The notes: generated by a model from the letters alone, not told the origin. A DNA stretch of 64,000 nt from Candidatus Hydrogenedentota bacterium (GCA_963745075.1 CAVUWV010000027.1:184969-248968), one strand, 5' to 3'. Shown: positions 9,837 to 21,351, numbered from the stretch's first letter. Made by a program: numbers and translations.

Positions 9837-10466
9837 ATGACTTCACGAGGGTTTACGTTGGTTGAACTCGTCATTTCGATGGCGATTCTCGTCATTATCA
9901 GCGCTCTCGGTATTGCGGCGTTGCAGACCTCGACCACGTCGGCAGCAACGGCGGGGAGCAAGGCGGACGTGCAAGGCAATATCCGCGATGCGCTTTCATC
10001 CATGACCCGAGAACTCCAAATGGCGTCCAAGAGTTCCGACGATTCCTTGATTCCCCCCTTGCAGGATGTGACGGTAAACGCCAATCCGGCGGCAGGCAGC
10101 CCAATGGAACTGGTGTTTCAAACGCCGACCAACGGCTCCGGCCGGAGCTGGACCCAGCCGATTCGGTACCGGTTTGTCAACGAAGACGCCAACGAAAACG
10201 GCCGGTTGGATGAAGGCGAAGATTTGGACGGAGACGGCGTGTTGAGCCGCCGAATCCTGCGCATTCAGGACCGGAACGGGGACGGCGACACCATCGACGA
10301 CGGCGAACGCGCACCCGTTGGCGGGGCGAACGATCTGAGCGCCGTTCAGTTCACACGCAATGGGGATATTGTCACGATCACGCTGACGGCCGAGAAGTTC
10401 CTCGCCGGCCGTCGAACCGACCCGGTGCGGGTTTCGGTATCTTGCGATGTGTATTTGCAGAATTGA
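9837..10466 (+). CDS. Prepilin-type N-methylation protein (PilW-like), cassette 2
   Basis: G|FTLVELVISMAIL; EDANENGRLDEGEDLDGDG loops. Confidence 0.87.
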   Translation: MTSRGFTLVELVISMAILVIISALGIAALQTSTTSAATAGSKADVQGNIRDALSSMTRELQMASKSSDDSLIPPLQDVTVNANPAAGSPMELVFQTPTNGSGRSWTQPIRYRFVNEDANENGRLDEGEDLDGDGVLSRRILRIQDRNGDGDTIDDGERAPVGGANDLSAVQFTRNGDIVTITLTAEKFLAGRRTDPVRVSVSCDVYLQN

Positions 10467-10521
10467 GGCCCGTGCCGCGGGGACTCGCGATTGGACTTGT
10501 TGCCGTAAGGAGGGCACCCCC

Positions 10522-12750
10522 ATGGGAATGAAACGGAGGCATCAGGAGGGCATGGCCCTCGTCCTCGTTGTGTTGGCGATGATTGTCGTGCTGGGCGCGA
10601 TCACGGTCGTCGTGGCGCGTGTGCAGACCGCCAAAATGCGCACCGACGCGGCCGTCGACCAGGCGCGCCTGGACGAAGTCTGTAAGGCGGGCGTCGACCT
10701 CGCCATCGAGCAGGTCTGGCACCAATACATCATCGGGCAAGGCAACACCACGGGCAACCTCGCCTCGTACGTGGTGTTCATCAACGGCGTCTTGCCAAAC
10801 AATGAAGACCTCAACGGCAACGGCGAAGAGGACAACGGCGAATTCGACATGGACGGCGACGGCACGTTTGAAGTGGCGGAACCGTTGGTCCTCGTGGACG
10901 CGGAGGACAACATGAAGCTGGCGTCAGGCGGACAGGTGATGTCCGTGACCCTGGCCCGCACAGACGACGTCACGGGAACGACATTAACGATTCAATCGAC
11001 GGGCCGGGTGGGGCAGCGCAGGGCGACCGCCACGCAAACGGTCCGCGTGTCCGGCGAACTCTTCGACGGTTTCGAATACGGCATTATGGCAAACAATATC
11101 AATTGCATCCTGTGTCACGCCGAGGTGCAATCGCTTGATCTGTTCCGCAACACCGACCCGTCGCAATATGGCACTTTCGACCGGATCAAGGTCGCGGCGC
11201 TGGAATCCCTGTTGATTCGCACGAGTGAGAACGTGAATACCCATTTCGCCGGAACGACCTACACGCGCGGTGAAGTGTACAACCAGGCGGGCACGCCATT
11301 CACGGCGTCCACCCTCGCGTCGTCGACGTTTAAGTCCTACGCGTTCGACGACAGCAACGGGAAAATAGTCCAGGACGGTTCCGGAGATATGCAAGTCACG
11401 AACCTCGCCAACGCGAGCGCCGATGGCGACGGCATGCTCGATCAGTTCGCGAACCTCTACCTGAACTATCCCACCGACGACAATCTCATGACGGATGGGA
11501 CGCTCCCGACGGACTTCCCCTCGCCGTATCCCGATGACGACGGCAACCGCTACGTCGGCGACGATGAATTCGAGCGCGTCATCAACAGCACAAACGGCTC
11601 GATCACCTTTGGATTGGATCCCGCTGAAGTGACGGGTTCCGTGACCGCGGGCGTGGCATTTGGCGTACCGACGGGGTCGGCGTACGCGGGTGACGCTTTG
11701 CCCACGGCGTCGAACTCGGCGTTGAGCACGTTGACTTCCGACGGTTCGTACGACGGCAATCTGATTCTGATTGGCACGGACGAGGACCCCATCGTCATCG
11801 ACAAGAAGGTGGCCGTGAATGGCGATTTGGTCATTCAAGGCAAGGTCAAGGGATGGGGGCAGATTTTCGTGCGTGGGAACGTCTACGTGACCGGTGACGT
11901 CACGTATGCCGACGCCCCCGGCGAGTTCGGCGTGGCCGAGGACGGCACGACGAACGGATTCGCCCTCACGGCCGGCGGCAGCATCATGATGGGTGACTAC
12001 GTGACCATTCGCGCCAAGAAACATACCGCGGACACAGGCAAGTATCCTGCCGGCGGTTTTATCGATATGCGCGACGACCACGACACCCAGAACCTCTACA
12101 AGAGCGGCACCACGCAAACCGTGGAAATCGGGTATTTCGATGATGGCGTGGTCGACGCCGGGTGGACACAAAACGGTCAGGACGAACTCAGCTTTACGTC
12201 GTCGGAGATCATGCTTTTCAACGAGATGGAATACGAGAAAGCACAGGCAGACCCGACGTATACGGCTCGCTACTATCGCCTTCGCCCCGATCAACCCATC
12301 TACCGGTACGTTTCGAGCGACGAACACACGGTGAAATACAGCGAAGCGGGGGTTCTGACCATTTCGGATCCCGGCGACGCGGCCATTCACGACCTGAACC
12401 CAAACAACTTCTGGCTTAGCGAGGATCAACTCCGAAACTTCTGGTACGCGGACGAGATGACCCGGCCCTCGAGCGGGCGTCCGTTCGAGTTCGACGGACT
12501 GCTCTACTCGAACAACAGCATCTTTGCCATCACGCGGAGCAGCGACCGGCACAAGTCGAACACGCGCGGCCAGATGCAGATCCGCGGCAGCGTCATTTCG
12601 GCCGACCTCGGTGTCTTGGTTCCTGGACCGGACTTCAGCGTTCCACGCGATGCCTTGAAACTCTACTACGACAAACGCGTCGCCAACTTCATGCGCGTGG
12701 AAGACACGACACAGGTGGCGTTCCAGCGGTTGGCATACCGATTAGACTAG
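10522..12750 (+). CDS. PilX-like large minor pilin, cassette 2
   Basis: G|MALVLVVLAMIVVLG lacks E5; AAGGAGG RBS; EDLNGNG/DMDGDG loops; C-terminal YYDKRV. Confidence 0.78.
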   Translation: MGMKRRHQEGMALVLVVLAMIVVLGAITVVVARVQTAKMRTDAAVDQARLDEVCKAGVDLAIEQVWHQYIIGQGNTTGNLASYVVFINGVLPNNEDLNGNGEEDNGEFDMDGDGTFEVAEPLVLVDAEDNMKLASGGQVMSVTLARTDDVTGTTLTIQSTGRVGQRRATATQTVRVSGELFDGFEYGIMANNINCILCHAEVQSLDLFRNTDPSQYGTFDRIKVAALESLLIRTSENVNTHFAGTTYTRGEVYNQAGTPFTASTLASSTFKSYAFDDSNGKIVQDGSGDMQVTNLANASADGDGMLDQFANLYLNYPTDDNLMTDGTLPTDFPSPYPDDDGNRYVGDDEFERVINSTNGSITFGLDPAEVTGSVTAGVAFGVPTGSAYAGDALPTASNSALSTLTSDGSYDGNLILIGTDEDPIVIDKKVAVNGDLVIQGKVKGWGQIFVRGNVYVTGDVTYADAPGEFGVAEDGTTNGFALTAGGSIMMGDYVTIRAKKHTADTGKYPAGGFIDMRDDHDTQNLYKSGTTQTVEIGYFDDGVVDAGWTQNGQDELSFTSSEIMLFNEMEYEKAQADPTYTARYYRLRPDQPIYRYVSSDEHTVKYSEAGVLTISDPGDAAIHDLNPNNFWLSEDQLRNFWYADEMTRPSSGRPFEFDGLLYSNNSIFAITRSSDRHKSNTRGQMQIRGSVISADLGVLVPGPDFSVPRDALKLYYDKRVANFMRVEDTTQVAFQRLAYRLD

Positions 12751-12758
12751 GGAGCGGA

Positions 12759-13679
12759 ATGATGACCATGAAGCTGATTATTGCGGCCGTCGTGCCGGCG
12801 TTTGTGCTCGTGACGGCCGCGTCCGCCGACACGGTGTATTTCCCGGATGGCACGGCTGTGGACGGCGTCGTGACCCACCCGAACGCAAATTGTATCGCGA
12901 TCGAGTCCGGCGGCGGAAAGATGCTAATTCAGGCGAACCGGGTAGAACGCATCGAGACGAACGACAAGACCGGTACAGTCAATCTAAGCAAGACGAGCCC
13001 CTGGACGATCAAGATCGAGAAAGAGATGCGGGAAAAGACCGGCATGACCCAGGAGCAGCGGGAAGAGATCGTCCGGATTATCGACCGGCTTGGGTCGGAC
13101 GACGCCAACGAACGCTTGTTGTCGATTCGCCGGCTGGTCGCGCTTCAGCAGGAAGTGGACGTCTTCAAGTTTCTGGTCAATACCATGAGCAGTTATGGCG
13201 CGCGCACGAAACCGGGCGTGCTCGAAGTGTTGATGGCGCTGAACCGCGAGAAGGCCATCCCTATTGTGCGGGACTGCGCTACCGATCAGGTTGCGTCGAA
13301 CCGCGCCGCCGCCTTGACGATTATGGGCAAGGCCAAGGACGTGGCGTCGCTGGAGACCATCGCGCGGGGTATGGTGGACGTGGATACGTCGGTGCGGATT
13401 GCCGCGGCGACCGCGTTGGCAGCTACCGGCAGCAAGCGGGCGACGCCTCTCCTGATTGAAGGCTTGGATAACTTGGACAAGCGTGTCGTAAACGCGTGCA
13501 ATGTGGCCCTGTCGGCGCTTTGGAGCACCGATGACGCGCTGGTGCAATTTGATTCGGCGGACGGGTGGAATCGGTTCTGGGGCGACCGGTCCGTCGCGGT
13601 GACGGAACCGCTCCGGATGGCGGAACTCGAACCGTTGTTTGTGCCCGTGCCGGGCCAGTACGTCTTCGTACACGAATAA
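12759..13679 (+). CDS. Exported HEAT-repeat protein
   Basis: Signal peptide (AASA|DTVYF); HEAT-like SNRAAALTIMG and SVRIAAATALA. Confidence 0.8.
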   Translation: MMTMKLIIAAVVPAFVLVTAASADTVYFPDGTAVDGVVTHPNANCIAIESGGGKMLIQANRVERIETNDKTGTVNLSKTSPWTIKIEKEMREKTGMTQEQREEIVRIIDRLGSDDANERLLSIRRLVALQQEVDVFKFLVNTMSSYGARTKPGVLEVLMALNREKAIPIVRDCATDQVASNRAAALTIMGKAKDVASLETIARGMVDVDTSVRIAAATALAATGSKRATPLLIEGLDNLDKRVVNACNVALSALWSTDDALVQFDSADGWNRFWGDRSVAVTEPLRMAELEPLFVPVPGQYVFVHE

Positions 13680-13706
13680 GCACGCGGACCGTGCCTGTGT
13701 GATAAG

Positions 13707-13739
13707 AGAGGGGATGCTGGGAATTCCGGCATCCCCTTT
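13707..13739. terminator. Intrinsic terminator between convergent genes
   Basis: Stem GGGGATGCTGG/CCGGCATCCCC followed by TTTG. Confidence 0.65.
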
Positions 13740-13852
13740 GGTTTACCATAGTCCCCCGTCATGGACTCGATGGACGATATAGACGAATACGGTTGCGCAG
13801 TCCGCGTCCGGACTCTCGTTGCACGCAAAGGGACATCTGGCAGTGGTGCACG

Positions 13853-14440
13853 TTACCCGCGAGTCTTCTCGAAGGCGGCGATCTTCTCTTCGTGCCGGAG
13901 GGTCAGACCGATTTGGTCCCAGCCGTTCAGCAGGCACTCCTTCTTGAAGGGGTCCACGTCGAAGGCAATGGTCGATCCATCCGGCTTCGCGATGGTTTGC
14001 GCCGGAAGGTCGACGGTCAGCGTGTACCCTTCCTGAGCACGAACCTCCTGGAACAACTGCTCGATGGTCTCCGTGGGCAACACGATGGGCAGCATGCCGT
14101 TGTTGAAGCAGTTGTTGAAGAAGATGTCCGCGTAGGACGGTGCCAGAATGCAACGGATCCCGTAGTCATTGAGCGCCCACGGGGCGTGTTCGCGCGATGA
14201 TCCGCAGCCGAAATTGTCCTTCGTCAGAAGGACGCTGGCGTTTTGATAACGCGGCGCATTCATCTCGAAATCCGGATCCGGCGAGCCATCGGCCTTGAAG
14301 CGCCAGTCGAAGAACAAATAATCCTCGTAACCCGTGCGCTCAATGCGTTTCAGGAACTGCTTGGGGATGATCTGGTCCGTGTCGACATTCAACGCCTCCA
14401 GCGGCGCCACAACCCCGGTCAGTTGGGTAAATGGTCTCAT
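13853..14440 (-). CDS. leuD: 3-isopropylmalate dehydratase small subunit
   Basis: [28 protein letters not shown]. Confidence 0.96.
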   Translation of the reverse strand: MRPFTQLTGVVAPLEALNVDTDQIIPKQFLKRIERTGYEDYLFFDWRFKADGSPDPDFEMNAPRYQNASVLLTKDNFGCGSSREHAPWALNDYGIRCILAPSYADIFFNNCFNNGMLPIVLPTETIEQLFQEVRAQEGYTLTVDLPAQTIAKPDGSTIAFDVDPFKKECLLNGWDQIGLTLRHEEKIAAFEKTRG

Positions 14441-14484
14441 TCTCGAATTCTCCCAAGGCAGGCGAATCGTGCCTTTCGGTATAC

Positions 14485-15891
14485 TCAATTAAACTTCCAG
14501 TCCCGGATATCGACGAAATGGCCTTTGATCGCGGCCGCGACGGCCATGGCCGGGCTCACCAGGTGGGTGCGTCCGCCCTTGCCTTGCCGTCCTTCGAAAT
14601 TGCGGTTTGACGTGGAGGCGCACCGGTCGCCGGGCTGCAGGATGTCCGCGTTCATGGCGAGGCACATCGAACAGCCGGCTTCGCGCCACTCAAATCCGGC
14701 TTCCTTGAATACCTTGTCCAGGCCTTCCGCTTCTGCCTGGTTCTTGACCTGTTGCGAACCGGGCACGACGAGGGCCTGGCTTACCGAAGGATTGACCTTG
14801 TAGCCTTTGACCACCTTGGCCGCGGCGCGCAAGTCCTCGATACGACCGTTCGTGCACGAGCCGAAGAACATCTTGTTAATCGCGATTTTCTGAATCGGCA
14901 CGCCCTCCTGAAGATCCATGTACTGGAGTGCCTTTTGAGCGGAATGGCGCGTGTTGTCGTCGCCGAGTGCGGACAGCACGGGGGTCGTGCCCGTCACGCC
15001 CGCAACCATTCCGGGCGACGTGCCCCAGGTGACCTGCGGCTCGATTTCGGAAGCGTCCAGTTCCACCAGGCGGTCGTAGGTGCAGCCGGGATCCGACGCC
15101 CAGGCGCTCCACCGCTTCGAGAGTGTGTCGTGGTCCTGGTCCTTCAGGTATTCCCGTCCCTTCAGGTAGTCGCAGGTTTTCTCGTCCGGCGAAATCAGTC
15201 CCGCACGGGCGCCGGCTTCGATGGTCATGTTGCACACGGTCATACGGCCTTCCATGCTCAAGGAGCGGATGGCCTCACCCGTGTATTCGATGACGAATCC
15301 GGTGCCGCCGGCCGTGCCGATCTTCCCGATGATCGCCAGGATGATGTCCTTGGCCGTGATGCCGAGGGGCAGCGTGCCGTTGACGCGCACTTCCATGGTC
15401 TTCGATTTCTTTTGCAGCAAGGTCTGCGTCGCCAGCACGTGCTCGACTTCGCTGGTGCCGATTCCAAAGGCTAAAGCGCCAAAGGCGCCGTGCGTCGAGG
15501 TGTGCGAATCGCCGCAGACGATGGTCTGACCCGGCTGCGTCAAGCCCAGTTCCGGCCCGATCACGTGGACGATGCCATTCCGCCGGTCCCCCATGGCGAA
15601 GCACGCGATCCCCGACTCGGCGCAGTTCTTCTTCAAGGTTTCGACCTGTTTCGCCGACATCGGGTCTTCGATAGGTTTGGAGCGGTCCGTCGTCGGGATG
15701 TTGTGATCCATCGTCGCAAAGGTGAGGTCCGGACAGCGCACTTTGCGGCCGGCAAGCCGCAACCCTTCAAAAGCCTGCGGTGACGTTACCTCATGGACGT
15801 AGTGCCGGTCGATGTACAGGATTGCGTCCTGCCCCGGTTCTTCGTGAACGACGTGTGCGTCCCAGATCTTCTCGTAGATGTTCTTCGCCAT
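14485..15891 (-). CDS. leuC: 3-isopropylmalate dehydratase large subunit
   Basis: [55 protein letters not shown]. Confidence 0.97.
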   Translation of the reverse strand: MAKNIYEKIWDAHVVHEEPGQDAILYIDRHYVHEVTSPQAFEGLRLAGRKVRCPDLTFATMDHNIPTTDRSKPIEDPMSAKQVETLKKNCAESGIACFAMGDRRNGIVHVIGPELGLTQPGQTIVCGDSHTSTHGAFGALAFGIGTSEVEHVLATQTLLQKKSKTMEVRVNGTLPLGITAKDIILAIIGKIGTAGGTGFVIEYTGEAIRSLSMEGRMTVCNMTIEAGARAGLISPDEKTCDYLKGREYLKDQDHDTLSKRWSAWASDPGCTYDRLVELDASEIEPQVTWGTSPGMVAGVTGTTPVLSALGDDNTRHSAQKALQYMDLQEGVPIQKIAINKMFFGSCTNGRIEDLRAAAKVVKGYKVNPSVSQALVVPGSQQVKNQAEAEGLDKVFKEAGFEWREAGCSMCLAMNADILQPGDRCASTSNRNFEGRQGKGGRTHLVSPAMAVAAAIKGHFVDIRDWKFN

Positions 15892-15910
15892 GTGTAATCT
15901 CGATCCTTGC

Positions 15911-17302
15911 TTAGTCTATGTCGTAGACGCCTTCAACGGCGCCTTGTTCGTCGAGTATGACCAGTTTGTGACCCTTCCCCATGGGAACGGTGCGCCCTCC
16001 AATGGCGATGACACCCTGTTCGATGGAGAATTGGATCGTGCCGAATGAACAGTTCGTAGATCCTTTTTCGTATTGAAAACTGAACGATTCGTTGCCGATG
16101 CCGGCGGTACCGGCCGCTTTTGCGCGATCCTCGGACGAAATAATCACCCGGCCGCCCTTGGTGCCGCCGCCAAAGGTCATGCCGCGGACGGCGATACGCA
16201 CATCGCCAAGGTCCGTGATTCCGTAATCGTGCTTCGAGTACGTCGCGCGGCTGGCAACGGCCTGTTGCTTTCCACTGGCCGACATGGAATCGTACGAAAT
16301 CGACGTCTCGAAGGGCAGCTTCGCCAGTTTGCGGGCCTCGGGCGTCAGGGCCGTCGCCGGTTGCGCATCCGACTCGTCGTCTCCGGATGGCATAGCCACC
16401 GGCGGTTCCGGCGTGCTCGCGGGCATCTCTTCTTCAACGGTCCGCGTTTCGGCTTCTTCCCGGCCTTTGGCATCGCCGCCGACCAACCCGAAAGTCAACT
16501 TGCTCATCAACCCGCGTTTCGGCTGCTCGGTCTGCTCCGCTGCTTCGGGCGACTCAGACTCGGACTTGGCCATTTGTTTCTGTTCTTTCTCGTATTTCTC
16601 AGCCTGCTTCTGAGCCTTCTTTTCTTTTTTGGCGGCCTGTTCCTGGGCTTGCTTCTCTTCCTTAGCCGTCTGCTTTTGCGCCTTCTTCGATTGCTCGGCC
16701 TCTTGTTCGGCGTCCTTGTCTTTCGAGTCGCTTCCGACGAGGCCAAAGGTGGCCTTGTTCCAGAAGCCGCGCTCCGATTTCTCTGCCCGTTCAGGAGAAT
16801 CGCCTGCCTCTCCCGCTTTGGCCATTTGGTCCTGCTCGTTGCGGGCCTGCTCCTGGGCCTTCTTCTCGTCCTTGGCGGCTTGCTCTTGCGCCTTCTTTTC
16901 TTGTTTGGCAGCTTGCTTTTGGGCTTTCTTCTCCTGCTCAGCCTGGCGCTTGGCCTCTTTCGTGGCGGCCTTGTCGTTAGACTCGTCACCGACCAGGCCG
17001 AAAGTCGCTTTGTTCCAGAAGCCGCGCTCCGAATCCTCGGATTGCGCTTTGGCCGTCCGCTTTTCTGCTTTACGGGCTTTCTTCTGGGCCTTCTTTTCTT
17101 CCTTTGCGGCCCGTTTCTCCGCTTCCTTTTGCTTTTTCTCGGCTCGCTTCTGTTCTTTGGCCCCGTCGTCTTTGTTTCCAACGAGGCCGAAGGTGGCCTT
17201 GTTCATCACGTTTTTCGTGGAGGCACAACCCGGTGCCAAAACCGTTGTGCCGACAAAGACGAGGGCAAGCGTCAACCGAACCATCAAGCCTGTGAATCGC
17301 AT
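15911..17302 (-). CDS. Putative lipoprotein with four (N/S)K(A/L)TFGLVG repeats and Lys/Glu/Gln-rich linkers
   Basis: Lipobox-like LAPGC after a hydrophobic stretch; AAGGAG RBS; repeats visible in the translation. Confidence 0.75.
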   Translation of the reverse strand: MRFTGLMVRLTLALVFVGTTVLAPGCASTKNVMNKATFGLVGNKDDGAKEQKRAEKKQKEAEKRAAKEEKKAQKKARKAEKRTAKAQSEDSERGFWNKATFGLVGDESNDKAATKEAKRQAEQEKKAQKQAAKQEKKAQEQAAKDEKKAQEQARNEQDQMAKAGEAGDSPERAEKSERGFWNKATFGLVGSDSKDKDAEQEAEQSKKAQKQTAKEEKQAQEQAAKKEKKAQKQAEKYEKEQKQMAKSESESPEAAEQTEQPKRGLMSKLTFGLVGGDAKGREEAETRTVEEEMPASTPEPPVAMPSGDDESDAQPATALTPEARKLAKLPFETSISYDSMSASGKQQAVASRATYSKHDYGITDLGDVRIAVRGMTFGGGTKGGRVIISSEDRAKAAGTAGIGNESFSFQYEKGSTNCSFGTIQFSIEQGVIAIGGRTVPMGKGHKLVILDEQGAVEGVYDID

Positions 17303-17345
17303 GGGATGTAGCTCCTTACCGTATGAATCCTTTGGAAACCCGCCG

Positions 17346-17996
17346 CTACGAATTGTATTTGCGAAGCACGTCGTTGAGCGCTTCGCGCAACAACACGGCT
17401 TCCCCGATTCCCTCGCGCTTAGCCAACCTCGCCAGACCCGCCAACTGCCCCTGCGTGTAGTGGCTGGTCTTTGTCTGCATCTTCTCTTCGCGTGCCAGAC
17501 AGGCCTTGTTGCGCCCCGATACTTTCGCTCGATACAACGCTTCGTTCGCCTTGCGCACAAGCTCGGGCACTTTGGTGTCATCATCGGGATAGGAGGCGAC
17601 TCCCGCGCTCAGGGTAAGCGCCAATTCTACCTTGCCGCCGTCGGCGCTGACAACGTGGTTCCGGTCGAAAGCCTTGCGGGCTCGCTCGGCCAGCAGGAAA
17701 GCTTCTTCCTTCTCCACTCCGGGCAGGATCGCCATGTGAGCGTCGCCGCCGTACCGCATGACGCGTCCCCGGTCCCCCACAACGTCGCTTAACGTCGACG
17801 CCAGTGCCGCGATTGCGGTGTCGCCGACCAGGCGCCCGTGGTCCGCATTTACCTTGCCGAACCAGTCGATATCGAAAAGAACGAGGGATAACGCGGTGTC
17901 CTGCGCGACGGCTTCGTCCAACATCGATTGAAAGATGTCCGCAAACGTCTCGAAGTAGGGCCTGCCCTGGGTCGGTGTTGCGGATAACGCTGCCAT
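17346..17996 (-). CDS. GGDEF-domain protein (degenerate RYGGDAH) fused to a C-terminal ribbon-helix-helix domain
   Basis: LFDIDWFGKVNADHGRLVGD, RYGGDAH, ANEALYRAKVSGRN; C-terminal TKTSHYTQGQLAGLARLAKREGIGEAVLLREALNDVLRKY fits the RHH pattern. Confidence 0.85.
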   Translation of the reverse strand: MAALSATPTQGRPYFETFADIFQSMLDEAVAQDTALSLVLFDIDWFGKVNADHGRLVGDTAIAALASTLSDVVGDRGRVMRYGGDAHMAILPGVEKEEAFLLAERARKAFDRNHVVSADGGKVELALTLSAGVASYPDDDTKVPELVRKANEALYRAKVSGRNKACLAREEKMQTKTSHYTQGQLAGLARLAKREGIGEAVLLREALNDVLRKYNS

Positions 17997-18041
17997 GGTT
18001 AATTGTCCTCAATCGTTCGCGCGAAAATCGTGTTGAAGGAA

Positions 18042-18095
18042 GTTATACCATTAAACAATAAGTATGTCAACATATGTATGAATAAATACATATGT
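18042..18095 (-). promoter_or_regulatory. Sigma70 promoter with abutting perfect dyad operator
   Basis: Minus-strand TTGACA (18070-18065), 17 bp, TG-extended TATAAC (18047-18042); dyad ACATATGTAT-N6-ATACATATGT at 18070-18095. Confidence 0.8.
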
Positions 18096-18161
18096 CTTTT
18101 TATTGCATATTTTGACTACGATAAATAGTTGTCGCATTCAGAATATGGGTCGCGAGTTGCT

Positions 18162-18983
18162 TTACGGTTGGGCGGGCGTCTCGTCTTCAGTAGGATGACG
18201 GTGAAGGGAAACCTCCACCGGGAGTATGGCGGGATTGGGTCCATATTTCAGGTAGATTCCGGCGTGCACCAGTGCTGCGGCCCATACAATGGCAAGGTGG
18301 GGGACGGCGATGCGTTCCAGAATGAAACGCGCATCCGGTACCGAGATGGCAATCAGCAAAGAAACCCCGACGATGGCGAAGCCCACGGGCAAGAGGAGAG
18401 GCGGGATGCGCCAGAAATATGCGGTGTAGCCGGCACTGAGCATGAGCGAGACGATGGCGATGGCGCCCCACTTCACGCGGGTCCAATACATGAGCTGGTC
18501 CATCAACCCGTCACTAATCGTGCCAGGAGACGAGGCGTGAGTCAATTCGTGGAGCGACAGGTTTTCCACGAAGTCGCCGATGAGCATCGCCGCGCAAAGT
18601 ATCAGACCTAGCGCCATGAAAGTCTTGAGCTTGATGAGCGCCGTAAAGCGGTAGGTATTCAAGTGCGTCACGAAAATGATGAGGCAGGCGTTGAAGAGGC
18701 TATAGGAAACCATAAACGCATAGTCATAGCCGTTCGTCGTGTCGAGGTTATCCCGAAGTGCCTTGCCGGCTTCCGTGTCGACCGGACCCAGGATCTTGAA
18801 TACTTCGTCGGGGGTGTAGGCCAATTCGAGCCACAGCATGGCCGATTTGAACCCTTGCGGGTTGGGGACGTTGTAGGGGGAGATGCTGCCACCGACCATT
18901 ACCCGCATGAGGAGAACGGACAGGATGGTCGCCGTGCCCGTCGCAACGACCCATTTCGCCGCCACGTTCCCGAAGTTTCTCAT
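18162..18983 (-). CDS. Multi-pass membrane protein of unknown function
   Basis: About 6 hydrophobic segments; DYAFMVSY, DFVEN and VKW pattern. Confidence 0.75.
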   Translation of the reverse strand: MRNFGNVAAKWVVATGTATILSVLLMRVMVGGSISPYNVPNPQGFKSAMLWLELAYTPDEVFKILGPVDTEAGKALRDNLDTTNGYDYAFMVSYSLFNACLIIFVTHLNTYRFTALIKLKTFMALGLILCAAMLIGDFVENLSLHELTHASSPGTISDGLMDQLMYWTRVKWGAIAIVSLMLSAGYTAYFWRIPPLLLPVGFAIVGVSLLIAISVPDARFILERIAVPHLAIVWAAALVHAGIYLKYGPNPAILPVEVSLHRHPTEDETPAQP

Positions 18984-19080
18984 GGAATCCCCTTCGCACC
19001 CGTTCAATGTCCGGGCGAATATCGTGCCGCTGCGACAATCGCGCCGTTGCGCCGGTTCCGGACCGTAGCCCGTCGTGGAG

Positions 19081-21351
19081 CTACGCTTTCACGCCGCTCC
19101 GGATGAGATTCAGCGCACTACCCGCCTTGAACCACTCGATCTGGCCCTTGTTGTATGTATGATCGACGCGGAACTCGTCCGACGATCCATCCGAATGATG
19201 AAGCACGACGGTCAAGGGGCTTCCCGGCGCGAATTCGTTCAGGCCGACAATATCAATGGTGTCGTCTTCCTGGACCTTGTCGTAGTCCGCCTTGTCGGCG
19301 AACGTGAGGGCGAGCATTCCCTGCTTCTTGAGGTTGGTTTCGTGAATGCGCGCGAAACTCCGCACGATGATGGCTCGTACACCGAGGTGCCGGGGCTCCA
19401 TGGCGGCATGCTCGCGCGACGAGCCTTCGCCATAGTTTTCGTCGCCGACGACCACCGTTCCGATGCCCGCTTCCTTGTACGCGCGTTGCGTCGCGGGAAC
19501 CGGCCCGTATTTTCCGGTCAGTTGGTTCTTGACCTTATTGGCTTCGCCGTTGAAGGCGTTGATGGCGCCGATGAAACAGTTGTCCGAGATGTTGTCCAGA
19601 TGCCCGCGGTACCGGAGCCAGGGACCGGCCATGGAAATGTGGTCAGTGGTGCACTTGCCCTTTGCCTTCAACAACAACCGCAGGTCTTTGAGGTCGGTGC
19701 CCTCCCACGCCGGGAACGGCTCGAGCAACTGCAAGCGCTTGGAGTCCGGCTTAACCACGACGTTGATTCCGCTGCCGTCCTCGGCGGGAGCCTGGTAACC
19801 GGGATCCTCGCAGGCAAAGCCTTTGGACGGCAGCTCCACGCCCTCGGGAGGATCGAGTTTTACTGGTTCACCGTTCTCGTTTGTCAACGTATCCGTGAGA
19901 GGATTAAATGAGAGGTCGCCCGCGAGGGCCAGCGCGGTCACCATCTCGGGCGAGGTAACGAAGGCGTGGGTTTTGGGGTTTCCGTCGTTGCGCTTCGCGA
20001 AATTCCGGTTGAACGAGGTAACGATGGTATTGGGTTCTTCGTCCCCACCGTGGCGATGACGGTCCCATTGGCCGATGCAGGGTCCGCACGCATTGGCCAG
20101 CACGACGCCGCCGATGGATTCGAACTCTTTGAGTACGCCATCGCGTTCCACGGTGTACCGAACCTGTTCGGAACCCGGCGTGATAGTGAATTCCGCTTTG
20201 GCCTTGATGCCCTTTTCGCGGGCCTGGCGCGCCAGGGATGCGGCGCGCGTCATATCCTCATACGACGAGTTGGTGCAGGAGCCGATCAATCCCACCTCGA
20301 TGGTCGTCGGCCACTGGTTCTCTTTTGCAGCGTCTCCCAACTTCGAGATAGGCCAGGCCAAATCGGGCGTGAACGGCCCGTTTACATGCGGTTCCAGTTC
20401 GCTGAGATCGATCTCGACGAGTTGGTCGTAGTATTCGCCGGGATTCTCGTAGACCTCGGGATCGGGACGCAGGTGCTCGCGATGTGCTTCCGCCGCCGCG
20501 GCCACGTCGGCGCGGTCCGTGGACCGGAGGTAACGGGTCATGGAATCGTCGAAGGCGAAGATGGAGGTGGTCGCGCCGATTTCGGCGCCCATGTTGCACA
20601 CCGTGCCTTTGCCCGTGCACGACAACGATTCCGAACCCGGTCCGAAGTATTCGACTACGGCGCCGGTGCCGCCCTTCACGGTCAGGATGCCCGCGACTTT
20701 AAGAATGACGTCTTTCGCCGAGGCCCAACCACTGAGCTTTCCGGTGAGATGGACGCCGATCAATTTCGGCCATTTCAGTTCCCACGGCATGCCGGCCATC
20801 ACGTCGACGGCGTCGGCCCCTCCGACACCGATGGCGATCATGCCCAAGCCACCGGCGTTCGGCGTGTGGGAGTCCGTGCCGATCATCATGCCGCCGGGGA
20901 AGGCGTAGTTCTCGAGTACGACCTGATGGATGATCCCCGCGCCGGGCTTCCAAAACCCGATGCCGTATTTGTCGGACACCGACGAGAGGAAGTCGTAGAC
21001 TTCTTTGTTCACGTCGATGGCGGTTAGCAAGTCCTCGCGCGCGCCAACTTTGGCCTGAATGAGGTGATCGCAATGGACGGTGGAAGGCACGGCCGTTTTG
21101 GATCGACCCGCTTGCATGAACTGAAGCAGGGCCATCTGCGCGGTCGCGTCCTGCATGGCCACGCGGTCCGGCGCAAAGTCCACGTAGGAATCACCCCGCG
21201 TGAAAGCCTGCTCGGCAGGACCACCAAACAGGTGCCCGTAGAGGATCTTTTCCGTCAGGGTCAACGGCCGGCCGGTAGCGTTGCGAGCCGCGGCAACGCG
21301 TTCCGCGACGCGGCCGTACAAGGCTTGGATGATGTCAAAATCGAACGCCAT
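19081..21351 (-). CDS. Aconitate hydratase, mitochondrial (Aco2)-type
   Basis: [70 protein letters not shown]. Confidence 0.95.
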   Translation of the reverse strand: MAFDFDIIQALYGRVAERVAAARNATGRPLTLTEKILYGHLFGGPAEQAFTRGDSYVDFAPDRVAMQDATAQMALLQFMQAGRSKTAVPSTVHCDHLIQAKVGAREDLLTAIDVNKEVYDFLSSVSDKYGIGFWKPGAGIIHQVVLENYAFPGGMMIGTDSHTPNAGGLGMIAIGVGGADAVDVMAGMPWELKWPKLIGVHLTGKLSGWASAKDVILKVAGILTVKGGTGAVVEYFGPGSESLSCTGKGTVCNMGAEIGATTSIFAFDDSMTRYLRSTDRADVAAAAEAHREHLRPDPEVYENPGEYYDQLVEIDLSELEPHVNGPFTPDLAWPISKLGDAAKENQWPTTIEVGLIGSCTNSSYEDMTRAASLARQAREKGIKAKAEFTITPGSEQVRYTVERDGVLKEFESIGGVVLANACGPCIGQWDRHRHGGDEEPNTIVTSFNRNFAKRNDGNPKTHAFVTSPEMVTALALAGDLSFNPLTDTLTNENGEPVKLDPPEGVELPSKGFACEDPGYQAPAEDGSGINVVVKPDSKRLQLLEPFPAWEGTDLKDLRLLLKAKGKCTTDHISMAGPWLRYRGHLDNISDNCFIGAINAFNGEANKVKNQLTGKYGPVPATQRAYKEAGIGTVVVGDENYGEGSSREHAAMEPRHLGVRAIIVRSFARIHETNLKKQGMLALTFADKADYDKVQEDDTIDIVGLNEFAPGSPLTVVLHHSDGSSDEFRVDHTYNKGQIEWFKAGSALNLIRSGVKA

